A DNA stretch of 64,000 nucleotides from Tubiluchus corallicola (lineage: Eukaryota; Animalia; Priapulida): contig JAQGDQ010000920.1 of assembly GCA_030141605.1 (NCBI GenBank), positions 1 to 64,000 of the forward strand, read 5' to 3'. The notes under the pieces are model-generated. The model was not told the origin of the DNA. It was given only the letters and a program-made list of their open reading frames with translations, and did not search any database. The stretch's first letter is position 1; each line of letters begins with the position of its first letter. A program made the translations under genes and the position numbers. This document shows positions 52,401-62,949 of the stretch, piece after piece.

Positions 52401-55400
52401 AGTGAAAACTGTGTCTTATGCAGATAATCAAGTTGGAAGAATTATCTGTCTACATGATGCCCCATTGCACGATCGACAATCTGTTACTAGCTCAAGAGGA
52501 ATTTTTAAAATGGAAGATGCTTATGAAACAGTCGTTAATTACACACACTATAAACGGAGAGAAATTTACATTTGGTAGGCACATTTTTTCTTCTCTTGCT
52601 ATCAGCATTACTGCAAACTTGTCATCAAAGTCATCTGAGTTTTCGCTGATTAGCAAAAATGTTAATTTTCTAGTGACAACTGCAAGGAAAACTGCAATTA
52701 AAGGAAAACCGGATGATTGTGTAAACACTAGTTCAGAATAAAGAATGCTCTAAAATATTGAAAACTACAATAGCTTATTTTAAATCAAAGCTTAGATTAA
52801 ATAATAAATACCTTGCATAGTAAAATTTCGTTAAACTTTCAAAGCTACGCGCGGCTCAATGAATCTACTAAGATTGGCAGCGGCGCCTTTTTGCACAAGC
52901 TGTGGTTAGTTTCTGACGTAAGCAATAGCTATGTTCGGTTGCCATTAATTAACTTTTTAGCTAATTATTCAAATATAAGGAACAAATGTTAACTTTTATA
53001 GGCAAGAAAATGTATATTTTGGACAGTAAATTAAAATGAGATTGAGTCTAAAGAATCGTCCGGTCTTCCTTTAATCTTTATCAACTCAGAGCTCTCTTTG
53101 CTGAATTTTTACACACAAATTCTTTGTGGTACTGTTGTGTAAATGCCACGTGATACGTTTTAATTACCACTTCAATTTAAATAATCGATGTACCGCGGTA
53201 AAACATTCAGCACCTGCATGTAAATGTAAATATTTGAACACAGTGAAGGACATCTGTTGGCACCTTCAGAAGAAAATGCCTTTTTAACACACTTCTGTAT
53301 CCTGCAAGCTGATATTTAATGATCAGTGGCAAGGTGTACGTTCTTATGTTGATGCTTATGGCAGTACTAAAACCTAGTCCGTGCTCAAGGATAATATTTT
53401 AAGATGAGGTGCTGGACCAATAGCGTGTCTTAACCAAGTTCTGATGTGTTACTTCATTAATGACGGAAACGGCCAGAGACGAAATAGCAGATGATGCTTG
53501 TGGCAGTACTAAAACCTAGGTCGTGTTCAAGGATAATATTTTAAGATGAGGTGCTGAACCAACAACGGTACATCTTAGCCAAGTTCTGATGTGTTACTTC
53601 CTTAATAAGGGAAATAGCCAGAGGAAATAGCAGATGAAAACGTTTCTTGTCACTAACCATGAACTTTGTTTCCTAAGCATGTAATCACGCCGCTCGATCG
53701 CATGCCATTTCCTTCTCAGTATGGTAATGAAACCTCTATAGAGTGTGAAGCTTCAACTCAATCTACAATCTTCACCAAGTAGCAACTATATGACCCCCAT
53801 TATATATCCAGTTTCTATTTTTTAACGCGTATTTGTTGTTATTTTAATCATAGTATTGAAGCCATTATCAGCTGTTGCTAAAGTCATCATTAACAAGTCC
53901 GATGACAGCAACGTACCAAAACTGCTTGTCGACTTCGTTCTACCTGACATGTTTGTTGCACTGAGTCGTCAGCAGGTGAGTACAACAGGTTTTGCAAATG
54001 TTCTTTCTACCTGCTCCATGCCAGCAGGTATGTTATGTTTTCTTGTAGCACTTGTAAGTACTTTTTTAGTTTTATCGTTTAATCTGCAAATTAAGAAAAA
54101 CATACATAAAGTTTGAGCCTAATAAGTCGAAACAAAATATTGTGTAGCAAAAAATACTCAAATGCAAAATACATAGTTAATTAAATAGTAAAAATGTAAG
54201 CTAAAGTATTATAGCACATTTTCTGACATGCGAATGCAAATTTAGAAGTTCAGAAAAGGAGTGGTGTAATTTTCTTAATTATTTATATCATAGCAGCATA
54301 TAGTTGGCTCAAAGATCAAATACATGTAGCACCAAGACAAGGAAAAATACAAATATTTGGCAACACAATAACAAAAATTAGCGCCTCAATTCACATATTA
54401 AGCTTTTAGCACGTCAGTGCTATGCTCACACCTTTTACCTGCCTTATACTCCTGCCACCTGGTGCTTGAAATTCAGGAAATATCCTCATAGCTCTTTTGC
54501 TCTTGTTTTACAGTCAATCAAAACTCGTGACCTGATACGTTGTTTGTTTTTAGTTGCTCACACTGGTCGACATGGCCGAATCTTTCCGCATGATGAACGT
54601 CAATAGACAATTTCGAAAATTTAATCCCGAAGTTGATATAATTGGCAATGCATCGGCCTGGTGGCATTATGCTTACAAATGCGTTTTGGAGGAATACATT
54701 AGACCTTACTCATGGAGCAGAATCAAGGCACACAGGTAACGTTTGTTTTGTTGTATTGTGTAAAATATCTGTTGTAATTGTAATGTATTATCACTCCAGC
54801 ATGTATTTTTACATTACGATTCGCATTATTATCTTAAACTATTATGCACGATTATAACTAGGAAAATGAAATATAGTTACAATAATTGTAACAGAACTAC
54901 ATTTGTATACTATAGCGTTGTATAGTTAGGGAAAAATTCTAAATATAATTACAAAAATTTAACAGAAGTATATTAACATAGTTACTAAACTACATAATAG
55001 TTTGTCAACAAGAAATAGATGCTGCATGGTGGTCAAGAAGCAAAGCTTGTAAGACCATCATGAAAAGTGAAAAAAACGACTCAATTTACAAGAGAGAGAA
55101 TTAGAAAAACAGAGAATAGTTAAGATAAAATAATAGACAGAGATAGAGAAAAGAGAAAAGAAGTGAATTAGAAAGAAGTTAGGAAGAAATTACAGAGAAA
55201 CTGTAATTGTCTATTAGTGATCCTCTGATCGATGACAGTTCTAGAAAGATTGTTTTTTTTTGTTTAGAGATCTAGAGTGTTTAAAAAAGAAAGTTTAAGT
55301 AAGAAATACGAAATAAGAAAAGTAAGAAATAGTGATTTGCTGTTTATGCAATTCGATATATATATTACGACAATACTCAATTTACCATGGCAGAGTCAAT

Positions 55401-58400
55401 AAATTACAGATGAAATTTACTCACTGTTCAGTTAACGTGAAGAGACAATTGTTTAATGCTTACTGCACTACTTTTTATTGTATGTCCACTTGGAGACATT
55501 TTTATTCTTACAATCTTAGCAAACTCAAGGTTGCATATAATGTATCAACACGGAAGCTGTTTAATTTTTGATATGATAGGAGCGCCAGATATATTTCTAC
55601 TAGACTTAATATTATTTATTTTGATGTGATTCACAGAAAATGTACATACAGTTTACACGTCAGGCTGAATAAGAGTGAAAATTTTATATGCAAGAACATT
55701 TTAAACAGTGATGTAAACTTTACTTCTGTAATTAGACGATATTCGCGTAGTTTGTTATATCGTTAATTGTTATTTGTGTTATTGCTGTGTGTCATGATTT
55801 ATTGTATTATTTGTATTAATCTGTGATTGTGTATATGAACTTTGTAAAGTTTGAAATAAAATATTAAATCTAATGTGTGTGTGCACTAATATACTAGTTT
55901 CTTGCAGGAAGCGATATCGGGAGTACAAGTCCTTGTACAAAAACAAACTCCGCATGCCGAAGGACATTGAGCTATTGATTGATTTACAGCGACTAGAGGA
56001 TCAGTTAGACATCCCTAACATTCTGATGGCAAGAGAAGAGGCTAAACTTGAGGTTTGCAAAATCTATTTTCACTTGTTCTTTGTCAGTGTTAAGTTGCAA
56101 AAAGTTGTTAATTTACTCTCAAAGGTGATACTTCTTACTACATACTACATACAGTAGTAGTAGTAGTGATGGTAGTAATAGGTAGCATTGGCTTGAGTCA
56201 CATTTTGCTTTGAACTAATTTGAGAGTAGATGGCTCTTGCTCTTATCTTTAAAAAATTAATAAAAGTCAATATAACTAACTTATGGCAATTGTGGTTTCA
56301 TACAGATAATGGTAACAGTTTTTCTGTTTAGATTGCTAAAACTTCACCTTCCACGGTAAGAAGGATACATCCAAAACCTGAGTCAAGTTGGTGGTTTAGT
56401 AATCCTCCTGCCGTGGAGGACGAGGAACTTTACGTGCCTTTAGAAGCCGAAACCAAGTGTGAGTTCTTTTCGCTTTTGATTTTTGAAATCTGCACTCTGC
56501 TAAGCATCATACATACTCATTATTATATGCTAACTTAAATGTAAGTTTGTAAATGCTTGTAGCAAAATTGTTTTGCAAAACTATTAGATGGTCTCTTTGC
56601 AAGTGGTAGACTTCTCCGTTTTTCAGCCGCTTTATTCAAAGTTGTTATCCAACTATTTTCATTTTGTTGTTCTAAGAACTGTTACACTCGTGTGAAGATC
56701 ATGAGAAGTATTTAGCGTTCTTTTATGTAGATCCTTTGAAAAAAGCAGATACGTTAAATTACAGCTCACAATGCAAAATTTGGATAGTAGAATCACGGTT
56801 TGTTGTAAGACATTGTCAAAATAAGTTAAATGATTTTCAACCATCAGAATTTATACTATGCCCTGTACAATAATGCAGCTAAAGTCTTGGACACCTGCAT
56901 ATGGTGCTCATCTCACTTGAAAAGCTTTGAAGTGATTATTTTGTTTATTGTTTTATTTGTTTCACATCAACACAAATACACTATTAATACGTTAAAAGGA
57001 ACAAAAAATTATCAATAATTCGATGAATAACAAACAGTAAGATACATAGTAGGAAGTAAATTTTGGAAAAAATGATTTAAACTGTCTTCAGACGTAAACA
57101 AAGATAGTAATATCTCTACTTCCTTTAATACTGGTGACTAAACAACGTTATGTACAGCATCATTACAAGTATACTAACTTGACTCTCAAAACACTGTGGG
57201 GTTGAAAGATAAACAAGAGAATTATCGCTGTTGTATGTTGCTTAGTAAATTTGTATACAGTTTACTTTGAGCACGTAACTAGTGTAGATATGCCATAGTT
57301 CAGGTTTGCTATATATATACAAATGTAAATGTGTTGCGGGATTAAATGTCATGTTTCATATTTTGGATGTGAATTATGAATAAAGTTTTGCTTAGGAGTT
57401 TCGAAGTTGTTTCACTGCACTTTCGTCATAGTTTTGCAACAGTACAGCCATTGTGAATTCTACAAGATACAAACGAAGTTAATGATTGTTTATTTTGTTA
57501 AGACATTTTAACGTTTGTAATGCTTTTAATGAATCATACTGTGCATATAGGAAAATATTTGGAATCTTCGCAGACTGTTAATCGCAACCCATCAAGGTTG
57601 CAACGAAATGTGATTTTATACATTTATATTCACTGTTTTTCATTGTAGAGAATATGATTTGGTATAAATTTATAATTACCTTTATTATGTATAGCACTGT
57701 GGTCCAAACTTTCACCCGAGGAGAAAGATCAGTTAAACAAAGCTATCGGTTATACAGAGGGGGACCGAACAAGCAGCAAGCCGGCTCAGGTATATCACTA
57801 AATTTGTTTTAAATTTACATCCATATATATATATATTGTACTACAGGGCTGTGATGAAATGAAATGTAATGCTGGCAGGGGAATACAGTAGACTTCTCAG
57901 GTGTGCATGTGAACGTGGCTTTATCTAGCACAGACTCGTATTTGGCTTTGTGTTAGTAAAAGCCACTAGTCACGTGCACACCTGAGCTTATAAAAAGGGA
58001 ATGCCTGCTGTTGACCGTTGTCAGTGGTCATGTCTTTCGTAGTATGTGCAGCTCTGTTCACATTTTTCAAGCTTTTCTCGCAAACTCTGTAGGTAAGCTG
58101 GTCGTTCCTTATTTAAAGTGTAGCATTCGATAATAAATTGTCATTTCGGCTGACTCTATTATTCAATGTTTGTTTATGGGTGAGGCGTTGAATGACACAA
58201 TTAAGACATGCCGCACGGTGTGGGCCGCGGTGCCATCCATTCTGCCTCTGTTAAAAGTGGATGGCAGTCCAATATACACACACACATATATATATATATA
58301 GTAGAATCATATGTATATATATATACTCTGAACTAACGTAATAAAGGGAAAGAAAGTTGTTGATATTATTTTAAACTTTTGCTTTCCATTTCTTAAATTT

Positions 58401-60287
58401 GTTTATGTCAGTTGATGTGGGTTTATGTGATCATAAATTAAACATGCAGTAAACTATGTATAACTTGAACACCTGAGGACTGCCGGAAAATTTGTGTGAG
58501 TTATGCGAGGGTACGAGAGAACACAATGTTCGTAAGAAAACAAGATTGAGTCGCTCATCAACATCAGACAAATACATCATGGCATGTGAAAATGACAAAC
58601 TGAGCCTTTAATCAAATATCAAACAGTTTTTATGAATAATCAAAAATAAAATGACTGGTCCACCTCTATTGTAGTTTGAGTAGCGTGGTTATATTGTGAT
58701 CTAGTTATTAATGTGATGTTTGTTAAACCATGTTGTCCTGCTAAGGCAATACAAGAAATCTTATTATTTTTGCTGAAATTAGCAGTTAAAATTGTAATGT
58801 GGTGCACCCTTTCGCGTAGGATTTCTTGCTTGGGAGGTTATTCGAGATAGGGGGTGTAATTTCAGTTAGATTCTTAGAAATTGTACCGGGAATTCGGTTT
58901 GAGTTAAGCAATAATTCGAGTTAGAGATTTCGAATTACGCGATGTTTGGTAAAGAGAAAAATGAAAGGAAAAATCCGTTCCAGCTGGAGACACGCGAGAA
59001 TTCGAGTTATAACTGGTCAAGTTATACGTAGTCTACTGTATTTTAAAGACTACAGTCTAGCCTCGTTATCTCGCCCCTCGTTATGCCGCCAAACTCGTCT
59101 CTCGCCATAGAAAGTACCAGGACGGATTTCCTGCTTTGATATTTACCTCGTTAAGTCGCCACCCTTGCTTCTCGCCCTCGCCACGTCATGCTAGGATGAG
59201 TGCTTATGTAAACCATATTCGATGTCTCTGAAGCGAAAACTGTCTTAATCCTGAACAAAAAAAAGGAAATTTGTATTTATCATACTAATAATTCTTCAAA
59301 GACACAGCAGGAAATTGCTAATGTATTTAGTGCGAAATTTGGTGACACTGTTAGCCGGAGAAGTGTAGGAGATATAATAGCGAGTAAAGGAAAATGGATG
59401 CAAAGTTCATGGTCACAGTGGCTCAACGAAATTGCGACGTGGACAGCATTCCAATCTGGACATGGCACTTCAGCTATGGTTCACGACTGCACGATCGCAA
59501 AATGTCGTCATCACTGATGCTGTTTTGCGCGAAAAGGCCAAGCAATTTGGAAATGAACTGGGCATAACCGACTTCCAGTACTCTAATGGATGTTAATGAA
59601 CTATTATGTATATACATATAGACTAACTTCCTTATATTCACATTATCTGGCCAAAAATTTGCCCTAGACGGACAGTGGCAAGATAACGAGACTAGACTGT
59701 ACTTTAGTTGTGTTAATTTGAATTGACCAAAGTTCTTTCATTACAAAATCTCTAAATTTTTTATAACGTAATTCTTATCACGTCACATCGAGCACACCCT
59801 TTTGCTAGCTAATGTAACCCAACCACTTATAATCTAATCACGCTTTTTACAAGATCTTTATTTTTAATTATTTTATGAATTAATTGACATAATTAATTAA
59901 TTATGTTACAGTATATAGAACATAAGGTGAACCTGACGGTAGCAAACTGTACGGTGTCGCTGTCAAACTTTGAAAGAGATATATTGGTACTGTCTTGGTG
60001 TAATCTACTGCTTAGCTTGGAGAACAGAGCACCTGTGAATGCTTTTAGGTATTAAATGTCATGGCTTCTGTGTTTCATATTTTGGTTGTGAATTATGAAT
60101 AAAGTTTTGCTTAGGACTTTCGAAGTTGTTTCACCGCTCTTTCGTCATAGTTTTGCAACAGTACGGCCATTGTGAATTCTACAAGATAAAAACGAAGTTA
60201 ATGATTGTTTATTTTGTTAAGACATTTTAACTTTTGTATTGGTTTTAATGAATCATACTGTGCATATAGGAATATACTTGGAAATTA

Positions 60288-60319
<32 letters not shown>

Positions 60320-61866
60320 TTTATTTAAAGTCGGCTTTTGGGTATAATAATAATAATAATAATAATAATTATTATTATTATTATTATTCTTATTATTATT
60401 ATTATTTATAGATTATTTATTATTCTGTTATCAGTAATAACCTTCTCTATATTTTGTAGAATTTCTGCTCGTACAGAAAGTTTTCTGATAGAAGGAGCGT
60501 CTATAGAACATGGTTTAGTTCCAATACTAACAGCTGATAATACTGTTGGCACAAAAGGTGAGGATTCTTTGCATTTCTGAATAGCTGTGTCTAGTTTTCA
60601 TGGAAATCACCACTCTGCTACACATAGCTAAGGAATAGTAAATGAAAGTCATTCACTTTAAGGTCACTTTTGCACTTTCAATTTTTTTTAAAGAATTTTT
60701 ATTCATTGTATGTTGTAGTTTATGAAAAACGATCAACCTATGGACTGCTTCGTTGATGTCTAATTTTTTCTTATTTAGCCTGACTATTCTTGATTTAATT
60801 ATGCATTGTTTTTACACACAAAATCATTAGTCTAGTTGTTTTGTTTAGTTTACACATTCTTGTAGCTGATTAGCTAGTAGTCAAAACCAAGTAAGAAAGT
60901 GACGTAACAGTATTTTGCATAAAAACTGTTGTCTGGTTAAATAAACAAATTGACTAATCTTCGTTACACAGCTAGTGATGAAATATATTATTATTATAAT
61001 TATATAATAATTATAATTATAATTATATAATTATTGTAATTATTATAATTATTCTTGCAGTGAAGAACATAGGCAACGAGTAAACTATTTCCATATAAGG
61101 ACTTGGTGTAAAAGCAGTAATGAACTGACAATGGAGACAAGAGATTTTCATTTTTATTTGTTTTTAAAATGAATAAAGGACATTGGACTTACAATGTTTC
61201 TGTTTTATTTCTTGGATTTAGATTTATTTATTCATCCATTTAGCACCGCCAAAAAGAAAAGTTATAAAATTACTAATTAACAATGCATTGCAGTGCTATG
61301 AACGCAGCAGAAAAAATTAACTTATGAGCTACGCTCAACATGGCTAAGACTAAATTAATGAAATAAACAACAACTGAAAAAATACGTTAAATAGATCGAA
61401 GCAAACAGAAGCAAGAAAATGATAATGACGATGTTGATGATGATGATGATGATGACAACGATGATAACGATGGTGATATTAATGCTGATGACAATGGTGA
61501 TGGTGATGACAATGATAATGAATTAACTGTTACGTTTACAAAAAGAAAAGCCATCTTAGATTTCATCCTCGGATTAAGCAACCTTAGACGTTCTGGCAAT
61601 TTAATTAGTATAATTTTTCCTAATCATTTAATTAAAAAATTACTAAATTTAATAACTGGTTTTTTATCAAAAAATTTTTATATTCATTTTTCAGTTTTCA
61701 GTTAAGTATGTAAGAAGAGCTATATTGTCATTAATTTTTCGTTTTCGCTTCAGGTTCTAGAGCGCCCCATGTGTTCTCGTTAGACTTTGAAGTGAAGCCG
61801 TTACACATACAAGCCGATTTTGCTGTGACTCTTTTGCTAGAACCTGTGGAAGTTGTGTACCATGAG
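40304..61866 (+). CDS. VPS13: VPS13A/C-type bridge-like lipid transfer protein, 5' part (14 coding exons, 585 codons; continues beyond the window)
   Basis: Chorein-N start [66 protein letters not shown]; also NNLQIFIRNIHIRYED, WWHYAYKCVLE and LSPEEKDQLNKAIGY. All exons are GT-AG and phase-consistent (1755 nt). Confidence 0.94.
40481..41462. mobile_element. hAT-like non-autonomous element
   Basis: CATGGGTGCTGCCAG...CTGTCAGTGCCCATA; TSD TTATCTAA/TTAGCTAA; internal GTGCTGTACTGATTCGTATGCAC repeats. Confidence 0.65.
41843..42035 (-). repeat. Inverted copy of 40706-40870 with extra 27-bp units
   Basis: Reverse complement matches AAGCTTCAAAGAAGTGTCCACCTGGAGTGTACG...GATCAATTCTTCTTCAG. Confidence 0.82.
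43480..43972. repeat. 34-bp minisatellite, about 14 copies
   Basis: Unit CTTAGAACTGGAGCTACTTTGTAACAAAACAGAG, head-to-tail with no spacers. Confidence 0.96.
44348..44658 (-). mobile_element. Retroposon 3' end, same family as 17316-17632
   Basis: Direct sequence similarity and (AATTC)n tail. Confidence 0.72.
44955..45520 (-). mobile_element. RTE-clade LINE 3' fragment
   Basis: VFLYNSELWTL...IDAFQKRNYRNILGIRW...IKRRRLRWIGHTLRL; (GAA)n tail. Confidence 0.85.
45965..46392. repeat. 39-bp minisatellite, about 11 copies
   Basis: Unit CTGCTGAACCAGTTTCCATGGCAGTCACCCATCCAATTA. Confidence 0.95.
46523..46566 (+). CDS. VPS13: VPS13 coding exon 2
   Basis: (G)DVELYDLRLKPEAL|GTAAGA. Confidence 0.92.
46882..46924 (+). 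CDS. VPS13: VPS13 coding exon 3
   Basis: [20 protein letters not shown]. Confidence 0.92.
47257..48082. repeat. 77/78-bp minisatellite, about 10 copies
   Basis: Unit GTTAAATACATTCATATAGTTCTTATTAACATAATTCATGTGTCATTCACACCCTTTATTTCTGTTGCTTTATGTAAG. Confidence 0.95.
48138..48770 (-). mobile_element. CR1/L2-type LINE 3' fragment
   Basis: FMYQYHNSLLPPAFQSYF...HDHYTR...KIWSSIPREMK...FKKASKNYLL. Confidence 0.8.
49455..49696 (+). CDS. VPS13: VPS13 coding exon 4
   Basis: (G)[29 protein letters not shown]...FLEKLVTTITNNLQ|GTGTAG. Confidence 0.92.
49846..50004 (+). CDS. VPS13: VPS13 coding exon 5
   Basis: IFIRNIHIRYEDTVTDREHPIAFGITLHNLSAETT...VYK|GTAAAT. Confidence 0.93.
50970..51420 (+). mobile_element. 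CR1/L2-type LINE 3' fragment
   Basis: IRTNTHYGTNSVIKQAILLWNSLPLQVKQIKSLSAFKTKLKSLIL followed by a UTR-like stretch and AATAAA. Confidence 0.75.
52424..52574 (+). CDS. VPS13: VPS13 coding exon 6
   Basis: IIKLEELSVYMMPHC...GEKFTF|GTAGGC. Confidence 0.88.
52702..53070. mobile_element. Kolobok-like MITE, inverted copy of 5828-6237
   Basis: TTAA|AGGAAAACCGGATGATT...AATCGTCCGGTCTTCCT|TTAA. Confidence 0.8.
53351..53637. repeat. Diverged tandem duplication, unit about 142 bp
   Basis: GATGCTTRTGGCAGTACTAAAACCTAG...GAAATAGCAGATGA occurs twice. Confidence 0.85.
53854..53975 (+). CDS. VPS13: VPS13 coding exon 7
   Basis: (V)LKPLSAVAKVIINK...VPKLLVDFVLPDMFVALSRQQ|GTGAGT. Confidence 0.9.
54554..54735 (+). 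CDS. VPS13: VPS13 coding exon 8
   Basis: LLTLVDMAESF...FRKFNP...WWHYAYKCVLEEYIRPYSWSRIKAH(R)|GTAACG. Confidence 0.92.
55340..55870 (+). mobile_element. LINE 3' fragment, same general class as 38430-39280
   Basis: KFTHCSVNVKRQLFNAYCTTFYCMSTW...LKVAYN; AATAAA at the end. Confidence 0.72.
55908..56052 (+). CDS. VPS13: VPS13 coding exon 9
   Basis: KRYREYKSLYKNKL...LQRLEDQLDIPNILMAREEAKLE|GTTTGC. Confidence 0.91.
56332..56458 (+). CDS. VPS13: VPS13 coding exon 10
   Basis: IAKTSPSTVRRIHPKPESSWWFSNPP...AETK|GTGAGT; phases bridge exons 9 and 11. Confidence 0.83.
57341..57565 (+). repeat. Roughly 225-bp dispersed repeat, second copy at 60051-60285
   Basis: ATTAAATGTCATG...GAATCATACTGTGCATATAGGAA nearly identical in both places. 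Confidence 0.85.
57695..57789 (+). CDS. VPS13: VPS13 coding exon 11
   Basis: (S)LWSKLSPEEKDQLNKAIGYTEGDRTSSKPAQ|GTATAT. Confidence 0.9.
58447..59038. mobile_element. pogo/Tigger-type MITE
   Basis: CAGTAAACTATGTATAACTTGA...TCAAGTTATACGTAGTCTACTG|TA; TTCGAGTTA subterminal motifs. Confidence 0.65.
59053..59699 (+). mobile_element. Internally deleted pogo/Tigger transposon retaining a frameshifted CENP-B-like DNA-binding region
   Basis: TA|CAGTCTAGCCTCGTTATCTCGCC...GGCAAGATAACGAGACTAGACTG|TA; EQKKEICIYH...TQQEIANVFS...VSRRSVGDII and LDMALQLWF...VITDAVLREKAKQF...FQYSNG. Confidence 0.85.
59912..60048 (+). CDS. VPS13: VPS13 coding exon 12
   Basis: YIEHKVNLTVANCTVSL...LENRAPVNAF(R)|GTATTA. Confidence 0.87.
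60460..60557 (+). CDS. VPS13: VPS13 coding exon 13
   Basis: ISARTESFLIEGASIEHGLVPILTADNTVGTK|GTGAGG. Confidence 0.87.
61754..61866 (+). CDS. VPS13: VPS13 coding exon 14
   Basis: (G)SRAPHVFSLDFEVKPLHIQADFAVTLLLEPVEVVYHE|GTAATA. Confidence 0.89.
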
Positions 61867-61976
61867 GTAATAATAATTTTATTATGTGTGTGTGTGTGTG
61901 GCAGCCTCTCTGCAGTAGGCGAAAATTTCTTTCACTTTGCTTTAATATGTAGCAGAAAATATATGTTCTTGTTTAA

Positions 61977-62949
61977 GTGCTGCCACCTGTTTCACCTGGT
62001 TAGGTAGGTGAGTTGGCTTGAGCAGCAGTAGTCAGACGTGCTGCCACCTGTATCACCTGGTTAGGTAGGTGAGTTGGCTTGAGCAGCAGTAGTCAGACGT
62101 GCTGCCACCTGTATCACCTGGTTGGGTAGGTGAGTTGGCTTGAGCAGCAGTAGTCAGACGTGCTGCCACCTGTATCACCTGGTTGGGTAGGTGAGTTGGC
62201 TTGAGCAGCAGTAGTCAGACGTGCTGCCACCTGTTTCACCTGGTCGGTAGGTGAGTTGGCTTGAGCAGCAGTAGTCAGACGTGCTGCCACCTGTTTCACC
62301 TGGTTGGGTAGGTGAGTTGGCTTGAGCAGCAGTAGTCAGACGTGCTGCCACCTGTTTCACCTGGTCGGTAGGTGAGTTGGCTTGAGCAGCAGTAGTCAGA
62401 CGTGCTGCCACCTGTATCACCTGGTTGGGTAGGTGAGTTGGCTTGAGCAGCAGTAGTCAGACGTGCTGCCACCTGTTTCACCTGGTTGGGTAGGTGAGTT
62501 GGCTTGAGCAGCAGTAGTCAGACGTGCTGCCACCTGTTTCACCTGGTTGGGTAGGTGAGTTGGCTTGAGCAGCAGTAGTCAGACGTGCTGCCACCTGTTT
62601 CACCTGGTCGGTAGGTGAGTTGGCTTGAGCAGCAGTAGTCAGACGTGCTGCCACCTGTATCACCTGGTTGGGTAGGTGAGTTGGCTTGAGCAGCAGTAGT
62701 CAGACGTGCTGCCACCTGTTTCACCTGGTTGGGTAGGTGAGTTGGCTTGAGCAGCAGTAGTCAGACGTGCTGCCACCTGTTTCACCTGGTTGGGTAGGTG
62801 AGTTGGCTTGAGCAGCAGTAGTCAGACGTGCTGCCACCTGTTTCACCTGGTTGGGTAGGTGAGTTGGCTTGAGCAGCAGTAGTCAGACGTGCTGCCACCT
62901 GTTTCACCTGGTTAGGTAGGTGAGTTGGCTTGAGCAGCAGTAGTCAGAC
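61977..62949. repeat. 60/61-bp minisatellite, about 16 copies
   Basis: Unit GTGCTGCCACCTGTTTCACCTGGTTGGGTAGGTGAGTTGGCTTGAGCAGCAGTAGTCAGAC. Confidence 0.96.

Noticed and set aside
61415-61522. Asp/Asn-rich coding-like run (GAT/GAC)n
   Set aside because: A degenerate trinucleotide repeat in intron 13; exons 13 and 14 join in phase without it
62114-62724. Several overlapping minus-strand ORFs
   Set aside because: Artefacts of the 60/61-bp minisatellite; the frame shifts between units
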